DNA from: Syncephalis fuscata S228
Taxonomy: Eukaryota; Fungi; Zoopagomycota
DNA: 64,000 bases
Assembly (NCBI GenBank): GCA_025786725.1
Contig: JAHLTZ010000010.1
Location: 558,001 to 622,000, forward strand
Direction of reading: 5' to 3'
How positions within the stretch are numbered: the stretch's first letter is position 1; each line of letters starts with the position of its first letter. Positions 1 to 14,503 of this stretch are shown here, piece after piece. The position numbers were made by a program, and so were the translations under genes. Below the pieces are notes generated by a model. The model was given only the letters and a program-made list of their open reading frames with translations. It searched no databases and had not been told where the DNA came from.

Positions 1-243
1 CTGGTCTCTTTTATACAAAGAAAAGTAATGGCGATCATTGTAGTTACTTGCCTGGCAATACAAGATTTTTAAGTATTTCTGTACCGGTACCACTACTGCC
101 AATGAGACAAATATGCGCTGTCTCCAGTGCTAATTGGCCATTGGCTTGCCATAATCTAAATTACGGTTAGATAACAACTGGTGTATACTGTATCTAAACA
201 CTTGCCGAAGTTGTCGATCATAGCGCTGAGTTTTAGCGTCCAT
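1..243 (-). CDS. ULA1: NEDD8-activating enzyme E1 regulatory subunit (NAE1/ULA1/APPBP1), 5' part; the gene runs off the window
   Basis: Manual splicing: exon 243-206 [13 protein letters not shown], intron 205-156, exon 155-52 [35 protein letters not shown]. This is the conserved NAE1 N-terminus (YDRQLRLW..GQ.AL..A.ICL....[11 protein letters not shown]). Confidence 0.9.
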
Positions 244-818
244 TATAACGGATGATCACTTGTTGACTGCAACAATTACTACGACAACAACGGCGTCGAT
301 GACTTGTACAATAAGAGACAAAAGTAGTACTAGAAAACAAATAAACAATGAATAACCACCTATAGCAAAAGTAAACCTTTACTATATTGGTACAATAATA
401 GACGATATATGCATACATACACACGCCTTTGATGACGTGCACCCATAAGTGTAATAGATCTACTTTAACTATGGAATATATTTAAATGCAAATAAACGCT
501 TGTTCTAAATATGGATATAACATGTGATAACATAGCGCCAAAAGAATTATTGGCTAATTGGACACACAAAAGTAAACCAATGAAAAAAGAACATTTTCAA
601 TCATCATAACTGTTCAAAAGTGAAAAATATAACGCAGCAAGCAAATAAAAGAAGCATGTAACAAATACGAGAATGAATAATATGACACAGGTGCGATAAT
701 GAAAGAAGATAAAAAGGAAAAATAACAAGGTAATATGTGGTTGGTTATGATGATAATAGAATGGTAATGATAATCATGGGGTGCTAATAATGCTGCTCTT
801 CCTATGCTCATGTTGTTG

Positions 819-2659
819 TTATGCCGAACCAACATCAGCAATACGACTTCGTGTGCTATAATGATGAAGAGGCGGTGGTTGTGGCGAGTGAACGACCGGA
901 TCGACCATAATGGCTGAACTAGCATCGCGACTACGTTTGCTTGGCGTGGTTGGCATAGAACGTGTCGCTGCGGTCATCGGGTGATCCTCATAGTGACGTT
1001 TCTGTGGTGTAGATTTTCTATAAGATCGAGAGACTGCTGTGGCTAGCAGTACCGCGTAAGTCGCTTGCTATAAAGATATACCAATAGATCGATAGTATTA
1101 AAACTTACCCTCTTCGATCATTTGATGATCCATTGCCAACTGTTGTAATCGGCATTCAATGGCCGTCATCATTGTTAATCTTAATTGAGCAGCGGCATAC
1201 TAATATTAATAATCGATAATTAAATAATTAATAAATTAAAAGTAATTATAAATGATATTTGTTAATATTAACTTACTGAAAATTGTTGTCGAGCCATTTC
1301 ACGTGTTGCGTCATATTCAGCCATTAAGGATTGCGCTGTAAAGTCGTGGCGACGACGTGCCATGGCCATACGTTCTTTGCACAGTTCTTGTGCCTCTTCA
1401 ACTCGATCGCGGATTGCCGAGTGTTTGCCCAAGTGTACCTGGCGTACTTCTTCCTCCAAGTCATCAAGTCGCGCTTCATAAATGCTATAAAACAAGTTTT
1501 ACTTAGTTTTACCAGCATTTACTTTTAATGCTCAGTAACTCACCGATCCTTCAAATCGGCAAATGCTGTTTGTATTTCATTCATGCGTTCGGTATTTTTC
1601 CGATGATCTGTTTTAAGTGCTCGTACATCTTCTTCCGATTCACTGGCCTCATCTTGTGTGCCTTTAAATAATAACGCTATGAATTAAAACATTAAATAAC
1701 ATTTTACTATTTATACCTTGGTGTGTGTGATTATCATCGTCGTCATCTCCGTCATTGTCATTGTTATTATTGTCGTCGTGGCCATCGTCATTATTACCAC
1801 GGTCCTGGTCAAGATTAGCAGTGGCCACTGTCTGTTCTAATCGACGACGTTTTGGTTGGCGACCACGTCCACGTGTTGATGGCGAGGACCGTGCACCGTT
1901 TTGGCGAGGTCGGCCTCGGCCTCGGCCACGCCCACGCCCATTTGGTGTGCGAGAGCCAGGTGTAGCTGCAGCAATCTCTACAGCTGCTCTATGTTCATCA
2001 AGTGGTGTTGCTTGTGATGCTTCACTTCCCTGTACTGATACACTACTGGCAGTAGCTGGTGATGCAGCTGTGTTCATTTCTTCATCAGATTTATTGTCAT
2101 CACGCGGTGTATTTGGCGTTGATGACGAATGAGATGCATCGGATGGTAGATCATTTTCCAAAATAGCTTCCGAATCAATTCTCTGGGTGCCACTGGTGGT
2201 TCTTTTATGTGCACGTTTTCCCATTGGCAGTGATTTCTCTATCCGGATAGAATTAGTCTCTTCAAATGAGCGATCGTTATGATTGGCTGAAGTTACAATA
2301 GCCAAATGATGATCATTATTATTACTAGCATCATCAGGATCAGTAGCATTGCTATTGCTATGATCGCTATTACTATCGTTATTATGGCTATGGTGTTGAT
2401 CACCCATTAATTTAACAGAATGGTTGATGTTAATACCATTAACCGTAGTCCCATTGGTACTACTGTTATTATTGCTGCCAGTCAATGCAAGCAATGCGGG
2501 TGTAGATGCAGTCATGGCACCGATAGAACTGTACTGTTCTCCTGATTTTGTATCTCGGCTCGATGGCTTGCAAAATGTATCGGATGGATTCGAGAATCCA
2601 GAAGCACTACGGTCCATACTAGAGAATAGTTGACCGTCTGGCATACTCCTTGGATACAT
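819..2659 (-). CDS. Sds3/Dep1/BRMS1-like histone deacetylase complex subunit (multi-exon)
   Basis: Long N/D/S-rich N-terminal exon with an AT-hook-like GRGRGRPR motif. Spliced coiled-coil exons follow (FADLKDR..YEARLDDLEEEVRQVHLGKHSAIRDRVEEAQELCKERMAMARRR), resembling the Sds3-like domain. The last exon ends at TAA 821-819. Confidence 0.6.
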
Positions 2660-5600
2660 CCAATGAATATTGTTCAATGTCACGGTTCGGCCACGAAAAG
2701 AACAACGGTGGTATAATTTTCAAATGGATATTATGCTAAAATAGCAATAATGTCATACATGTAAGTAATTAGAAGTGTCAAAATAAAGATTAGGCCAAAA
2801 GCAAACAAATAGAAAACGGGTTAAAGTGTTGCGGGAAAATATAGCAACCAAACAACCGGACTTTGATCTGGATGTGCACAATATCGCTTATAAGCAATAA
2901 TGGACTATTAGTGGCAAGAAAATGATACTAATATTGACTACAATGGTGCAACACTACAGGTCTGGTCAGCAGTATGCAGCAGTTCTACAAAGGCCGACGA
3001 CCACGCTTAATGTGTCCAGCGTTGTAGAAATAGCCGGCCAATCGATGCCAAAGAGTCGGCAAAAGGTAATCTCAAACAAGAATACTCGAGTCCACTTGCA
3101 CCCACACAAATAAAAAAGTAGAAATAAAAGTTAAAGGTTAATAGATAGACGAGTAAAATAAAAAATATCTATATACATAGTTACATCAATGTAGACATTT
3201 ATATATGTAGGTAGATAGATAGATAGATCAATAGATAGGCTGAGGAGCAATGTTGTGAAATCAATGGAAACGAGTCTAGCCAAAAAAATGTTGGAACAGA
3301 GATGAAACCAATACGATACACATACCCACCACTATCCATCCGTACATACGTGTTTGCTTATTCACTCACACTGGCAATAATGTCAGCTACCAAGAAATAG
3401 CAGCAGCAGCAGCAGCAGCAATAGCAGCAATAGAAATTAGGCGTCCACTGGAAAGAAAATCGAGAGGCAAGCCAAGGTGCGTGTATCAGGGGAGAGACAA
3501 TGGCAGTAGCGCGTGCGCGTGCGTGCACACACGCAGAGTAATAAGAAATCAGGAGAGCTGGTGCGTTTACGATTTAAACAGCAGTAAAACATAAATTGCT
3601 TAAAAAATAGACTGTTGTCGAGTCAAAAACGATAACATGAATGAACCAAATGAATATCAAATGCCTGACAACCGCCGTACCACACCACACAAATACATAC
3701 AAAATAAAAAATCAATTTAGACGCTATTTGGCCAATAAATAGGTTACTAGAACAAGATAGGATACTATGTAGGACGAAAATTCAATAGGCGTAAAAGATG
3801 GATGTATGTATGGTGTGTGTATGAATATATATGTGTGTGCGTGTGTGCATATGTTTATAGGTCGGCCATGAATGGATGTGAAACATAGAGATGAGGGGTA
3901 TTCGTGGTTTATCAATGACGCGCTGGCATGCAAATCGGGCCTTTCCTTTATGCGGTAACCAATACTGGCCATCGACTAAAACGCTAATAGATAGACAGCA
4001 ATTATAAAGAAAAACTAATCATTTATGCGTAATAAATGATAGTTCAAAGGTACATGGCCTGCTATGCAAGGCTTGACCGCAAGACAGGCCAGCACGTTTA
4101 GAGGAAAAGCGCACCATGATGCAGCTCGTCTGGAATCATATTAAATGCCACACTGGCCCTCGCCACCTAAAATAGATATCAAGGCCTGCTCCATCCAGAC
4201 AATAAACTTTCTGCAACATTTATATTGCGTAAATAGCGTCAAGATCCTTGCACTACATTGGCAAGACCCTTGGTTGTAAATAGTATTAAAACTACAGCAT
4301 GTATACAATCCATTTAAGAAAAGTGATAGCTGGGCACGAAAAGTCCTTTTTCAGGATAAAATCGGACATGCAAGGGTAAGCGCAATATGCACATGCTAGT
4401 AAAGTTCGATAAAACCAATGACACTGTACAATAGACACCACCACCACAACTAAGACAAGAAAAATCCCTAGACCTACCTATATTTGTATATACGTGCGTG
4501 GTGTATTTGTGTGCGTTATAGATACATCAATAGATGTGGATGTATTATTGCACAGATGTCTTTGCAAGTAGGTGAGTGTGTAAATAACAAGAATGAAATG
4601 GCAGTCTATTGGGTGAACCAATAAACAGAAGCCGGTATGGGCACTGTTGTATAATGAGCGGAATCAGTTGACGAAGAAACAAAAAAGGTGTCAAGTAGAG
4701 CTGCTGCTTTTGACAAGCAATAGTAAATTGATGCGCCAAGCAATGGATAAAAGAATGAAGCACGCCGTAAAATTACGTACGTGAACAAAGATAAAGAGGG
4801 TGCACAAGTTAAAAAAGAAAGAGTGGGAAAGAGTGAGAGGAAGTGAGTGACAGTGAGACAGTAGAGAGGAAGTGAACGAGAGTGAAAGAGAGTGCGAGTG
4901 AGTGAGTGAGTGAGAGTAAGAGGAAGAAAGGAAGTGAATCAAATAAAGTAGAGTGTGCACAAATGTTATCAATGTGACCAATATGGAGTTCAATCGAATA
5001 AAGAGATAAGATGAAGGAGAAAGAGAGAAAGGATGTAGAAATGGAAAAGTAAATTGAATCCAAGATATGTGAGTGAGTGCAAAAATGCAGTTTGCACCTG
5101 GAAACTAGGAGAGATGCGATGGAATTGTTGTGAAGATAATGAGGATGATGTTAATGTTTATACGAAATAAAAAATGAATATAATTTGTGTGGCGATCGTA
5201 GTAATAGCGCTACAAGTAGTAGTAGCACTAGCAATGGTAATAATGCAGTAGCTGTAGCAGCAATAGCAATTTTAGTAAAGATAGTAGCAACTGTAACTAT
5301 AGCTGTAACTGTAGCTGTAACTGTAGCTGTAACAACAATAGCACAATGATTGGTATACGTAGAAGAAAGAGAAGCGGACACAAGGCTGCATCTGCCGGAG
5401 TATGGAATAGTGTGATATAGAAAAGGGATGTGACGATCCAACTGGTAAAGTCGTGTGGCCAAGAGTTTGTGTATAATTGTGCATGCGGGCTTGCGTGGCC
5501 GTAAAATGAATATTATTCAATATCTTTGTAATGCTATTTATTTTTTACTTTTAGAACTTTTGGAAAAAAGAAGCAATACAACTAGAATGGACAAAGCCGT

Positions 5601-6967
5601 AATTTGAAACGCTGCGTGGCGAAGGTAGAAGAGATAATAATTAAAATAATTCACAACAATACTTTACGTACTGCAAAGTGTAGCTGTAGAAGCGAAACCA
5701 GTTATTGTCACGGCATAAGATCGGCTATAGAATGGTGATTTTTTTACTATTGTCTAGTCATATGGTCATGCTATTGATATTAATTTTTTATAATGCTAGA
5801 TTACAGCCTCGGCAGTACTTCGTGTTCCAGTAAATGCCAGAGAGGTTGGAAAGGGGGATTATAGGCTACCTAGGAGTGTAACCTGTAGGTAACATAGGCG
5901 TTGCGTGAATGGTGTGTTCCTGTCTTACACTGGTGGTGTGTGTGCGTGTGTGTGTAGATGGGTGGATGGATGAATAAATGTGTGAGCATTAGAAACTATT
6001 CGTGGATTTATTTGTTACGGGCTAAAACTACTATTTCTAGATTGATTAAAATGAAAAACTGATTAAATATTAGTAATAGGCGCGGTAATATTAGTAGGAA
6101 TAGTAGATGGTTAGGAAAATACAATTTTTAGATATAAACAATTAATAAGCATTGCATGCTAAATAATAAACAATGGGTTTGCTATACAGTCGCTGGCTTA
6201 CTTACACACATGGCGTATAATGCATCGCCTTGTAAACACCAAATTGATAGGTTTAAATCTGAAACCAGGCATTAAAAATACCTGCAGAGCATTATTACTA
6301 TGCCACTTGTATTTCGGCAATTAGCTATCGTGTACATTCGGCTGCTTAAAATATTAATAATAAATAAAAGAAAAAACGGATTAATTAAAGTAGCGATTAT
6401 TAAATATGGAACAAGTATAATGTGAACGGCTATTGCACAAGAAAAGCCGTTTTTTCCCTACCCATGGACTGTAATTGCCCCATGGCCATTATCCTACAGT
6501 GACTATTGGCCAGTCACTGCGGTATTTAAATTGGCCGCAACAATGAATGCGCTAGTTGAAATGAGCAATAGCCATTACATTACACTATCTATCTAGTCTT
6601 TTGTATGGGCTAGCCATCAATACAAGCACTATTTACTGTATCTAAAACTATGATGACATGCAGTCTAGGTGGTACACTCATCCAGTTTTGTTCATGTGTA
6701 AAAAGGGAAATAAGTATCACCTGCCAAACATAGATCCCACGTGGACTTACTTGTATCTACAGTCAATCTATTTCTAGTTATACACTATTAGACCAACAAC
6801 AACATCATGTGACAAAATGATAAATATCATATTGCGCAGTCACCTCACATTAGCAATGATGCTGCTGATGCTGATGATGAATCAACTGACCGACGTGTTG
6901 TAGGCCACAAGGTTTATTCTACATTTTTTTATAGTGGTTGATTATTAAAAGTGCTACAGTACGATAG

Positions 6968-7907
6968 ATGGCTGACGAATCAATTTATAAAAAACTGATT
7001 GTGACAACGACAGAGTGGTGGCAAAAGGCTCACAACAATGGCTATAGTGAAGTGGTGGCAGCAGCGGCCGCTGTTACCACAACAGCCATTGTATATCGCG
7101 TTTATGGACGAAATATACGTCGTTACTCAACTGCCAGTGAAATACCAACGCGTATGCTTAAAGGCCAACGACGAATGACAGGTGTTTGCACGGCTGTTCG
7201 AGATGGCGATACTTTTCGTCTCTATCATACACCATTAAGCCCTTTGTTAACGCGAATTCCTCAAACTCGTAAAGGTAAACAATTTACAACAATAATATGG
7301 GAACATTTATTCTATAGCTATCATTTTATGTAGCTCTTCAAGGTAAAACGTTATCTATTCGATTGGCGGGTATTGACGCGCCCGAGGTAAAACAACAAAG
7401 CGACAAAATAGCAAACTGGCTATTTGCTTATTGTACTTTGCATTTAGGCTGCACATTTTGGTATGCCGGCCCAGCCATTTTCCGATGAGGCAAGACGTTG
7501 GCTGGAGGCTCGATTACTTCATCGCACGATTCTATTTACGCCTTATAGTGTTGATCGATATGGTCGACTTGTAGCCGGTGTATGGATACGACCTGTTGGA
7601 TGTCATTGGCTTCCTTTTGGATTGCCTCTGCTTAATTGGCTACGCAGCGATATTTCATTAAAAATGCTACGTAGTGGTTTAGCGACCGTTTATACCGGAC
7701 AGGACGCCGAGTATGGCAATCGACATGATCGTTATAAATTGGCTGAACAGCTGGCTCGGTAAGTTTACTATAACTAAGCTAGCATTGCTAAGTACTATAT
7801 GGTTATCATACTATAGTGCTCGTTACCGTGGTGTTTGGTCATTGTCGGATAAAAAGCGTGTATTACCTGGCGAGCATAAACGTGTTTATCTTCGAGGTGG
7901 CCGCTAA
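6968..7907 (+). CDS. LCL3: LCL3-like staphylococcal nuclease (thermonuclease) family endonuclease, 4 exons
   Basis: SNase motifs VRDGDTFRLYHTP, IRLAGIDAPE, QPFSDEARRWL, DRYGRLVA and RGVWS, plus an N-terminal hydrophobic segment. GT-AG introns join the ORF pieces. Confidence 0.88.
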
Positions 7908-8035
7908 CGATGTTGCTTATAATCGATTGTATTGCTTAATAATAAAAATAATTAACATTAAAGCAATCATGGTCTCGCTTAATTAAAATAATAGTTATTT
8001 TATTGATTCAAGTACTAGTCGTCTTATTTAGCTAA

Positions 8036-9832
8036 TTAAAGAAAATTTACTCCAAGCCCAAATCCGAATCCAGGACGAGAACGATCCGAGGCCGCTGCAG
8101 CAAGTGGTAGCGTAAAGTTTAACTCGACTCGAGCAATACTATGCCAGTAGATTAGGCCGGCACCTATGGATATGGTCGGGCGATAATACATATCCTTTAG
8201 CATTTTAGATATTTCTTTACGATCTGTAACAAGTGCATAGGTTAGCAAAATATAATGTGACAAACAGCAATCGCTTTACCATTGTCAACTAGTCGTAGAG
8301 TGCCAGTGTTGACAAAAAAGTGGGCCTTAAACCGTTCAGAGTCTACTTTGGGTAATGGTGCAAATAGACTTAAGCCTAAAGCATAATAAATATTGCCACC
8401 AATCATATCGTCTATTAGATATTCAGTATTTAGTATTAATATTTTTATAGATTCCATGGTATACTTACAATCTTCTCGTGGTCCCACACCAAATGTTTTA
8501 AATCCTCGTAATGATACAGGTCCGCCCAATGTAAATCGATCATTGATACGAATACGGTCGCCTTGCATAGCTAATAATAGACCGCCACGTGCTGTAAGAC
8601 TTGTGTGCTAATAGCTGTCATTAATATATAGTAACTAATACCGTTCTGGCAACCACTTACAAATCCACGACCTAAAGACTGTAACCATTGTCCTTCAAGT
8701 TCACACTTGCCATAGTGGACATCGCCGCCATAGCCGGCAAAGTCATTTTGCATGCGTAGTAGATAGCCATCAGTCGGCATTTCAAGCGAATTGCGTTGAT
8801 CGCAAACTAGTACGTGTCCAAGGCTTGAACGTAGCGAATGGCCAGCATCCTGCGTACACTATAGCATTTATATTGTGTGGATATATAATCTATAGTTTAA
8901 CATGATTGTTTGTAAATTTAGTATTAATAACTTACGCCATAGATGCATGATTTGTCAAGTTGTAAACGTTACGCCAGGCCAGATCGTAATAGAATCCATG
9001 TTGGCCAAGTCGACTTATTGTCTATTCATTGCATTATTATATTTATTATTTGTTATTTATCCTTTAGTTTTGCCTAGTTACCTCATAACGTAAGGTTGCA
9101 CCGCGTGTCATTTCATTATGTGAAGAATACCACATTTTGTTACGTATTGTCTGATAGGCATGAATACTTGCTACATGATCTGGATTTGATGCTAATGGTG
9201 CAGAAAAGCTTGCCTATTGCTTAAATTAGTATCCACGATAACTGTCCCACTACTAGCAGTTACCTGAAACGATGAAGGTGTACGTGTACCCATAGCCGCA
9301 CTTGCTTCAAGACATTCGGCTCCACCAAAAGCATTACGGAATGTAACGGATCCATTCTACAAGTAATGATATAGATGATTGATACGGATACAAGCTGTGC
9401 CTACTCACTAGTAAACCTTCTTCATCGCCGATTTCTGTGCCTGTTTTAAGGGTAAGTCGGTTGCGTTCACGTAGCGCCAATAGAACGTCAACACCCTTTT
9501 CTTTGCCTAATGGGCCCCGTGCTTTGTCTAGTTCACCGGTGGCTATAGAATAGATACCAAAGCGATTGAGTCGCGACACTACTAGTTGTGTGCGCTCTAT
9601 TGCTTCGCCAAACGTCTCAGCCGCCAAAATAGGCTCCGCTAAACGCTCGAGAAAAGAGCGCGTGTATGACGAACACCGCGAAATAACACGGCATTCATAA
9701 CCACCGGGTTACTATATGCCTCATAGAGCTACTGATTCATTAATATCCACTAAACGTGTATGTCAGTATGACTCTACCTACACGAGATAACAAGTCTGCG
9801 CGTTCCTTTTCAATATACGACATTCCCTCCAT
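8036..9832 (-). CDS. SAM50: Mitochondrial SAM complex beta-barrel subunit Sam50/Tob55 (Omp85 family), multi-exon, one apparent frameshift near 9660
   Basis: Motifs DRFTLGGPVSLRGF, NAFGGAECLE and SIGAGLIY...ARVELNFTLPL, and the C-terminal beta-signal GFGFGLGVNFL. Confidence 0.92.
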
Positions 9833-10183
9833 AATGACTATAAAGAACTCTTACTTAGATTAAGGGACAAAATCAAAGATTCAAGAACAAAGTGTGGTGT
9901 GTCATTGTTTGCACAAGCACTGGAAATATTGTCATTATTAACCAACCATTTAATAATAATCCGTTATTTACATAATTTTACATATAATAATAAACACAAT
10001 CTTATAATGGTTTTCATTCAATCTTGTAAATCAAAGGTTCTTATTATTGCAACTTGTAGAAATAGACCGGTCCGATAGCCGTTTCAATGCTTTCTTCATT
10101 TAAACAGTAAAACATGTTCATTTTTGATTATTAAACTGGGCAGTATAGTACTGAATTGTCCGAGAAAATCAATAAACGATCCT

Positions 10184-10633
10184 TTAACCGCGAGTGAATT
10201 TGCCATAGATGTGCAAAACAAACACAGAGCCAATAAACACCAAACTGAGTACAAGCACAACGACTGGGTCACTATCAATGAGCGCGTATATTAGTATCTA
10301 TAGCGCGGTATCTTTGAGATAATAGATACTTACACGCGTAGACCAGGTGCATCATCGCTGTACATACGCATCAAACCAGACGAGCTTGGTCCACCACGGC
10401 CCGTTTGGCGAGCAGCAGATCCAGCACTTGGATTGCGACGACTGTATATCGATAGATGTACATAAAGTATTAATATAGTTGCATACAATAGTATATATAT
10501 ATATATATTGATTAGGTACACCTACCGAATAGTACCTTTGGGAGTTGAAGAGGCTGAATCAGACTACAATAGTCAATAAATCTACGTTTTAGCATATGCC
10601 TTTATTGTATTATAACGTTAAAGCACATACCAT
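10184..10633 (-). CDS. SBH1: Sec61 translocon beta subunit
   Basis: Spliced product M|SDSASSTPKGTIR|RRNPSAGSAARQTGRGGPSSSGLMRMYSDDAPGLRV|DPVVVLVLSLVFIGSVFVLHIYGKFTRG* matches the Sec61-beta signature. Confidence 0.93.
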
Positions 10634-10917
10634 TGTATAATCGTGCGTGGGATGCAAGCAATCTGGAAATATCGCAATCAGAATTTATGGCGGAAAGACG
10701 TGTCAAGAAAAAGTGCTGCAACTGAGACGGGCGTGGTTTTGATTTGAGTTGATATTCGACTCTGACCAATCAACATTCGCCACCTCGGTGTGCCACTCAC
10801 ATCAATAGTTTAATATACAAATAAAACACAACTACTTGGACAGTGCTTGTACAGCCATAACATACTATTACCACTATTGCTAAGATACCTTGTTGAATTC
10901 CATTTATTATTACTACA

Positions 10918-12217
10918 ATGACTACTACTGCTAACACTTCTGATTGGTCGGACCGTACTCATCCCGATACTATCGTGCTATTCGACGTTGACGGCACGCT
11001 TACACCGTCTCGTAAGGTAAACGCGACATGGACTGAGTAGACCACCCGACAGATGACAGAGACTGACAACAACTACAACAATAATGGTGGTGGTGGTGGT
11101 GGTTGGTATCTATTTTAATAAACTATAGACGGTAACGCCTCAAGTACTGCATATGCTACAGGCCTTGCGTAAAAAGGTGGTGATTGGCTTTGTTGGTGGA
11201 TCGGATTTTCCTAAGCAGCTGGAACAATTGGGCGATGATAGTAAGATGCCAGATATATGTGATAAATAGTTGATTAATACGACTACGTAGTTCTGGAGCG
11301 ATTTGATTATTGTTTCTCGGAGAATGGCCTAACTGCTTATCGAAAAGGCACCCAGCTAGCCTCACAGGTATGGATCTTATCCATATTATTGCATAATAAG
11401 GCTTATTAACTTGCTTGCGTGTAATAGAGCTTTATTGGTCATTTAGGCGAAAAACACTATACTGAATTGGTCAACTTTTGTTTGCGTTATATTGCTGATT
11501 TGGATATTCCTGTAAAACGGTATGTCTAGCGTGTATTGTAGATTTATTGTGTATTTACAAGTGCTTAACCTTTCTTTTATTAATAGTGGTACATTTATCG
11601 AATTCCGTAATGGTATGGTGAATGTATGTCCTGTTGGACGCAACTGCTCGTAAGTAACCATAAAGTAATGGTGTTTACCAAGAGTACTGAATGAATTGGA
11701 TTCTAATTAGGCAGAAAGAACGTGATGATTTTGAAATTTACGACAAGGTATGCCAATAAACAATGGTGCTAAATACAATTTATATTGATTACAAAATATT
11801 AAATCTATTTAGGAGCACAGTGTACGCCAAAAGTTTGTTGATGCTTTAAAGGAAAAGTTTGGGGGCTATGGTCTAACCTTTGCTATTGGTAGGCATTGTA
11901 GTTGAATGTCTAAGCATGTACTAACTGTCTATTAGGTGGTCAAATCTCATTTGATGTGTTCCCCAATGGCTGGGATAAAACTTACTGTCTTCGCCATCTT
12001 CATGACCAAAAGTTTAAGGAAATTCATTTCTTTGGTGATCGTACAATGAAGGTAATTACTTTTATGATTATTTCATTAACAGAACTAATGTATAAAATGC
12101 TGCTATTAGGGAGGAAACGATCATGAAATATATGAGCATCCGCAAGTTATTGGCCATGCTGTAACATCACCCGCCGATACAATTAGTCAAATTAATGAGC
12201 TGTTTCTGAAAGAGTAA
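10918..12217 (+). CDS. SEC53: Phosphomannomutase (HAD-IIB), many short exons
   Basis: Motifs [74 protein letters not shown] and GGNDHEIY. Confidence 0.95.
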
Positions 12218-12435
12218 CAACATATAATAAATTCTGATACTGCCTTTAATGCAATACATTGATGAATAATTAATTTATGCTTATATTTAACCAAATTGTT
12301 TATTGTTAATATCTATATATAATAAAAATATAGTTTTTAAAAATGATTGCTGGCTTACGATATGATCATGATTGAATAGGTGATTCAAGAATGTAGAAAT
12401 AACTTGCATTAAATATGTGTAAATAAAACTTTTAT

Positions 12436-14503
12436 TTATAACATGTATGCTTCGTAACGGCCATTACCATCTATTAGACCAATAACGCCGGATGACACTT
12501 TGTATCCAAAAGATATCCACGATTTATCTTGCCTTGCAGATGGTAAGTCTAGTACTTCAATAAGGCCTAGAGATTCATCTTCATTGTCATCTTGAGTCAC
12601 TTTTTTAATAAGACAGGCTGGAGGCTTGTAAATACGGCCAGTGTGCATATCAATAAACCAGCTTTTTTTATATTTCCTATCGACAGCTTGACATAAGGAT
12701 CCAAGGAAGGGAATAAGATTTGCGTAAAGTGGCAAAGAAATTGAACGTAGCAAATTTCCATTCCGAGCATCCAATACATCCAGTGTTTTACCAGTTTGGA
12801 GAACAATTATTTTCTCACTGTATAGCTTTGTAATGATACTGTCGACCATTGATCGACTCCATAATATATATCCTTTGTCAGAACCGTCAATTGGCCGCAA
12901 TTGGCCATAATCTCTGGCGTCAAATAATGATTGTGGTGAAGTGTTTGCTGAAATCTTTCCAAATACAAAAAACATCAGTAAAGTATCAAGTACCTTATCT
13001 TCAGCTTTGCGTTTGTTATTAACTGGATGAAATATGCTAATTAAACACATTCTTTCTGTGTACGTCTCAACTTCAACTGAAGCGTTTGGCCAATATGGAA
13101 TGGTGATTTGATCTGATAATATATTCTTACTCTTAGACTGGCCCTTTTGAGCATCAAAAAGCTCCCATAGAATGTGCAGTGAGTGGTTGTCGCTAGTAAA
13201 AGTTTGTGAATCTTGAATAGCCATGAACGTAGAAGCAATGTTAAATTCTCCGATGTCGTCTATTATTGTACATGTTAGAAACTGGCATCTGTCGCGAGAA
13301 GCAAATTGAATACAGGCAGATGTACTGTAATCATCTACTTTTGATCCTTCAATCCATCGATTTGCATCTAAATCAAATAGATCAAATCGCTGGTATGGAT
13401 ATTGTAAATGGATAGTTTTTAAAAGTATCCATTCATTATGAATGTCAGAAAAGTAGGAGCTTTCTTCTCTTCCTCCGTATTGATATCCGTGTGCAAGATA
13501 AATAAGACTAGGCGATGAGTTGCCGGCATTGGACCACACTACAATGGCGCTTCGCTGACTAATTTTTTGTTCATTGGAGGGTGTAATGTTTGGGGATATA
13601 TTTAAATGTTCATCTAAAGTATTAGCAGCTTTATGCTCAGCTTCCCTAATGTACTGTGCTTTCAATTCACCCAAATTTACTATTTTAATGTCATTAATAA
13701 ACATTTGATATGCTAATTAGTATTAATAATCACTAGTTACCTATTGGATCTCCAGGTTTTAAAATTTCTACATCATTATATGCCATTATAGCAACATTGG
13801 CCACGACAAATCGACGCATTCCGTAGCCATAAAATATTGCGTCTTTGCAATCAAACAAAGATGGTGATAAAGGAATAATTAATTCTCTCCACATTAATTC
13901 TTCGCTATTGTGATCGTTTCTTTTGCTAAAAACATCGTGTTGAATTGACCAAAGTCTATCTTCTTTTGTGTCCAATGCCAATGTATACCAAGGATTTACG
14001 TCAAATAGTCTCGTTTCAACGTGTTCATTAACTGGCAACTGGCATATCTGCGTTTTGAATCGACCCGACATAAAATTATGATTAGCTTGTCGACGTCGCT
14101 GATAAGCATAGAACCATTGAATAGCATTAAAATCAGGGACGTATTGTAAATAGCTAGCAGGCAATGGATGCTTATTATCGATATCATTAATATTTGGAAT
14201 AGCAGATGGTGCTAAAGGTTCCCGTTTTGGCTGATTTGCATCGATCGTAGATTCTTTTAGTTTTGTTATAGTATCGATATACCAGCTATACCATGTAAGC
14301 CATTCTTGTTCACGGCGATCGCCCAATGAAAACGCTTGTTTGTATCGTTTTTCCCAATAACCAGGTCGATCAACGATTGTTCGATAAATAAGCCGACAAC
14401 TGGTTGCAAAAAGTACTAATTTCTGGCCATCCATAAATCGACATAAATACAGTAAAACATCACAGTTCTGCCACAAGCGTTCGCTATGTGTAGTTAAAGA
14501 CAT
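12436..14503 (-). CDS. F-box-like protein with an uncharacterised C-terminal region (two exons, intron about 13690-13740)
   Basis: The N-terminus DVLLYLCRFMDGQKLVLFATSCRLIYRTI..YWEKRY and the downstream W..AY.RR....NF..GRF pattern are typical of fungal F-box proteins. ORFs of 256 and 422 aa are separated by a short GT-AG intron. Confidence 0.6.

Noticed and set aside
2700-6900. Short ORFs in the long intergenic region
   Set aside because: They derive from GA/GT/CAG microsatellites and simple repeats, with no recognisable domains or splice structure.
10631-10633. ATG-only first coding exon of SEC61-beta as another micro-exon system
   Set aside because: It is the end of a normal 5' UTR exon, a common fungal arrangement.
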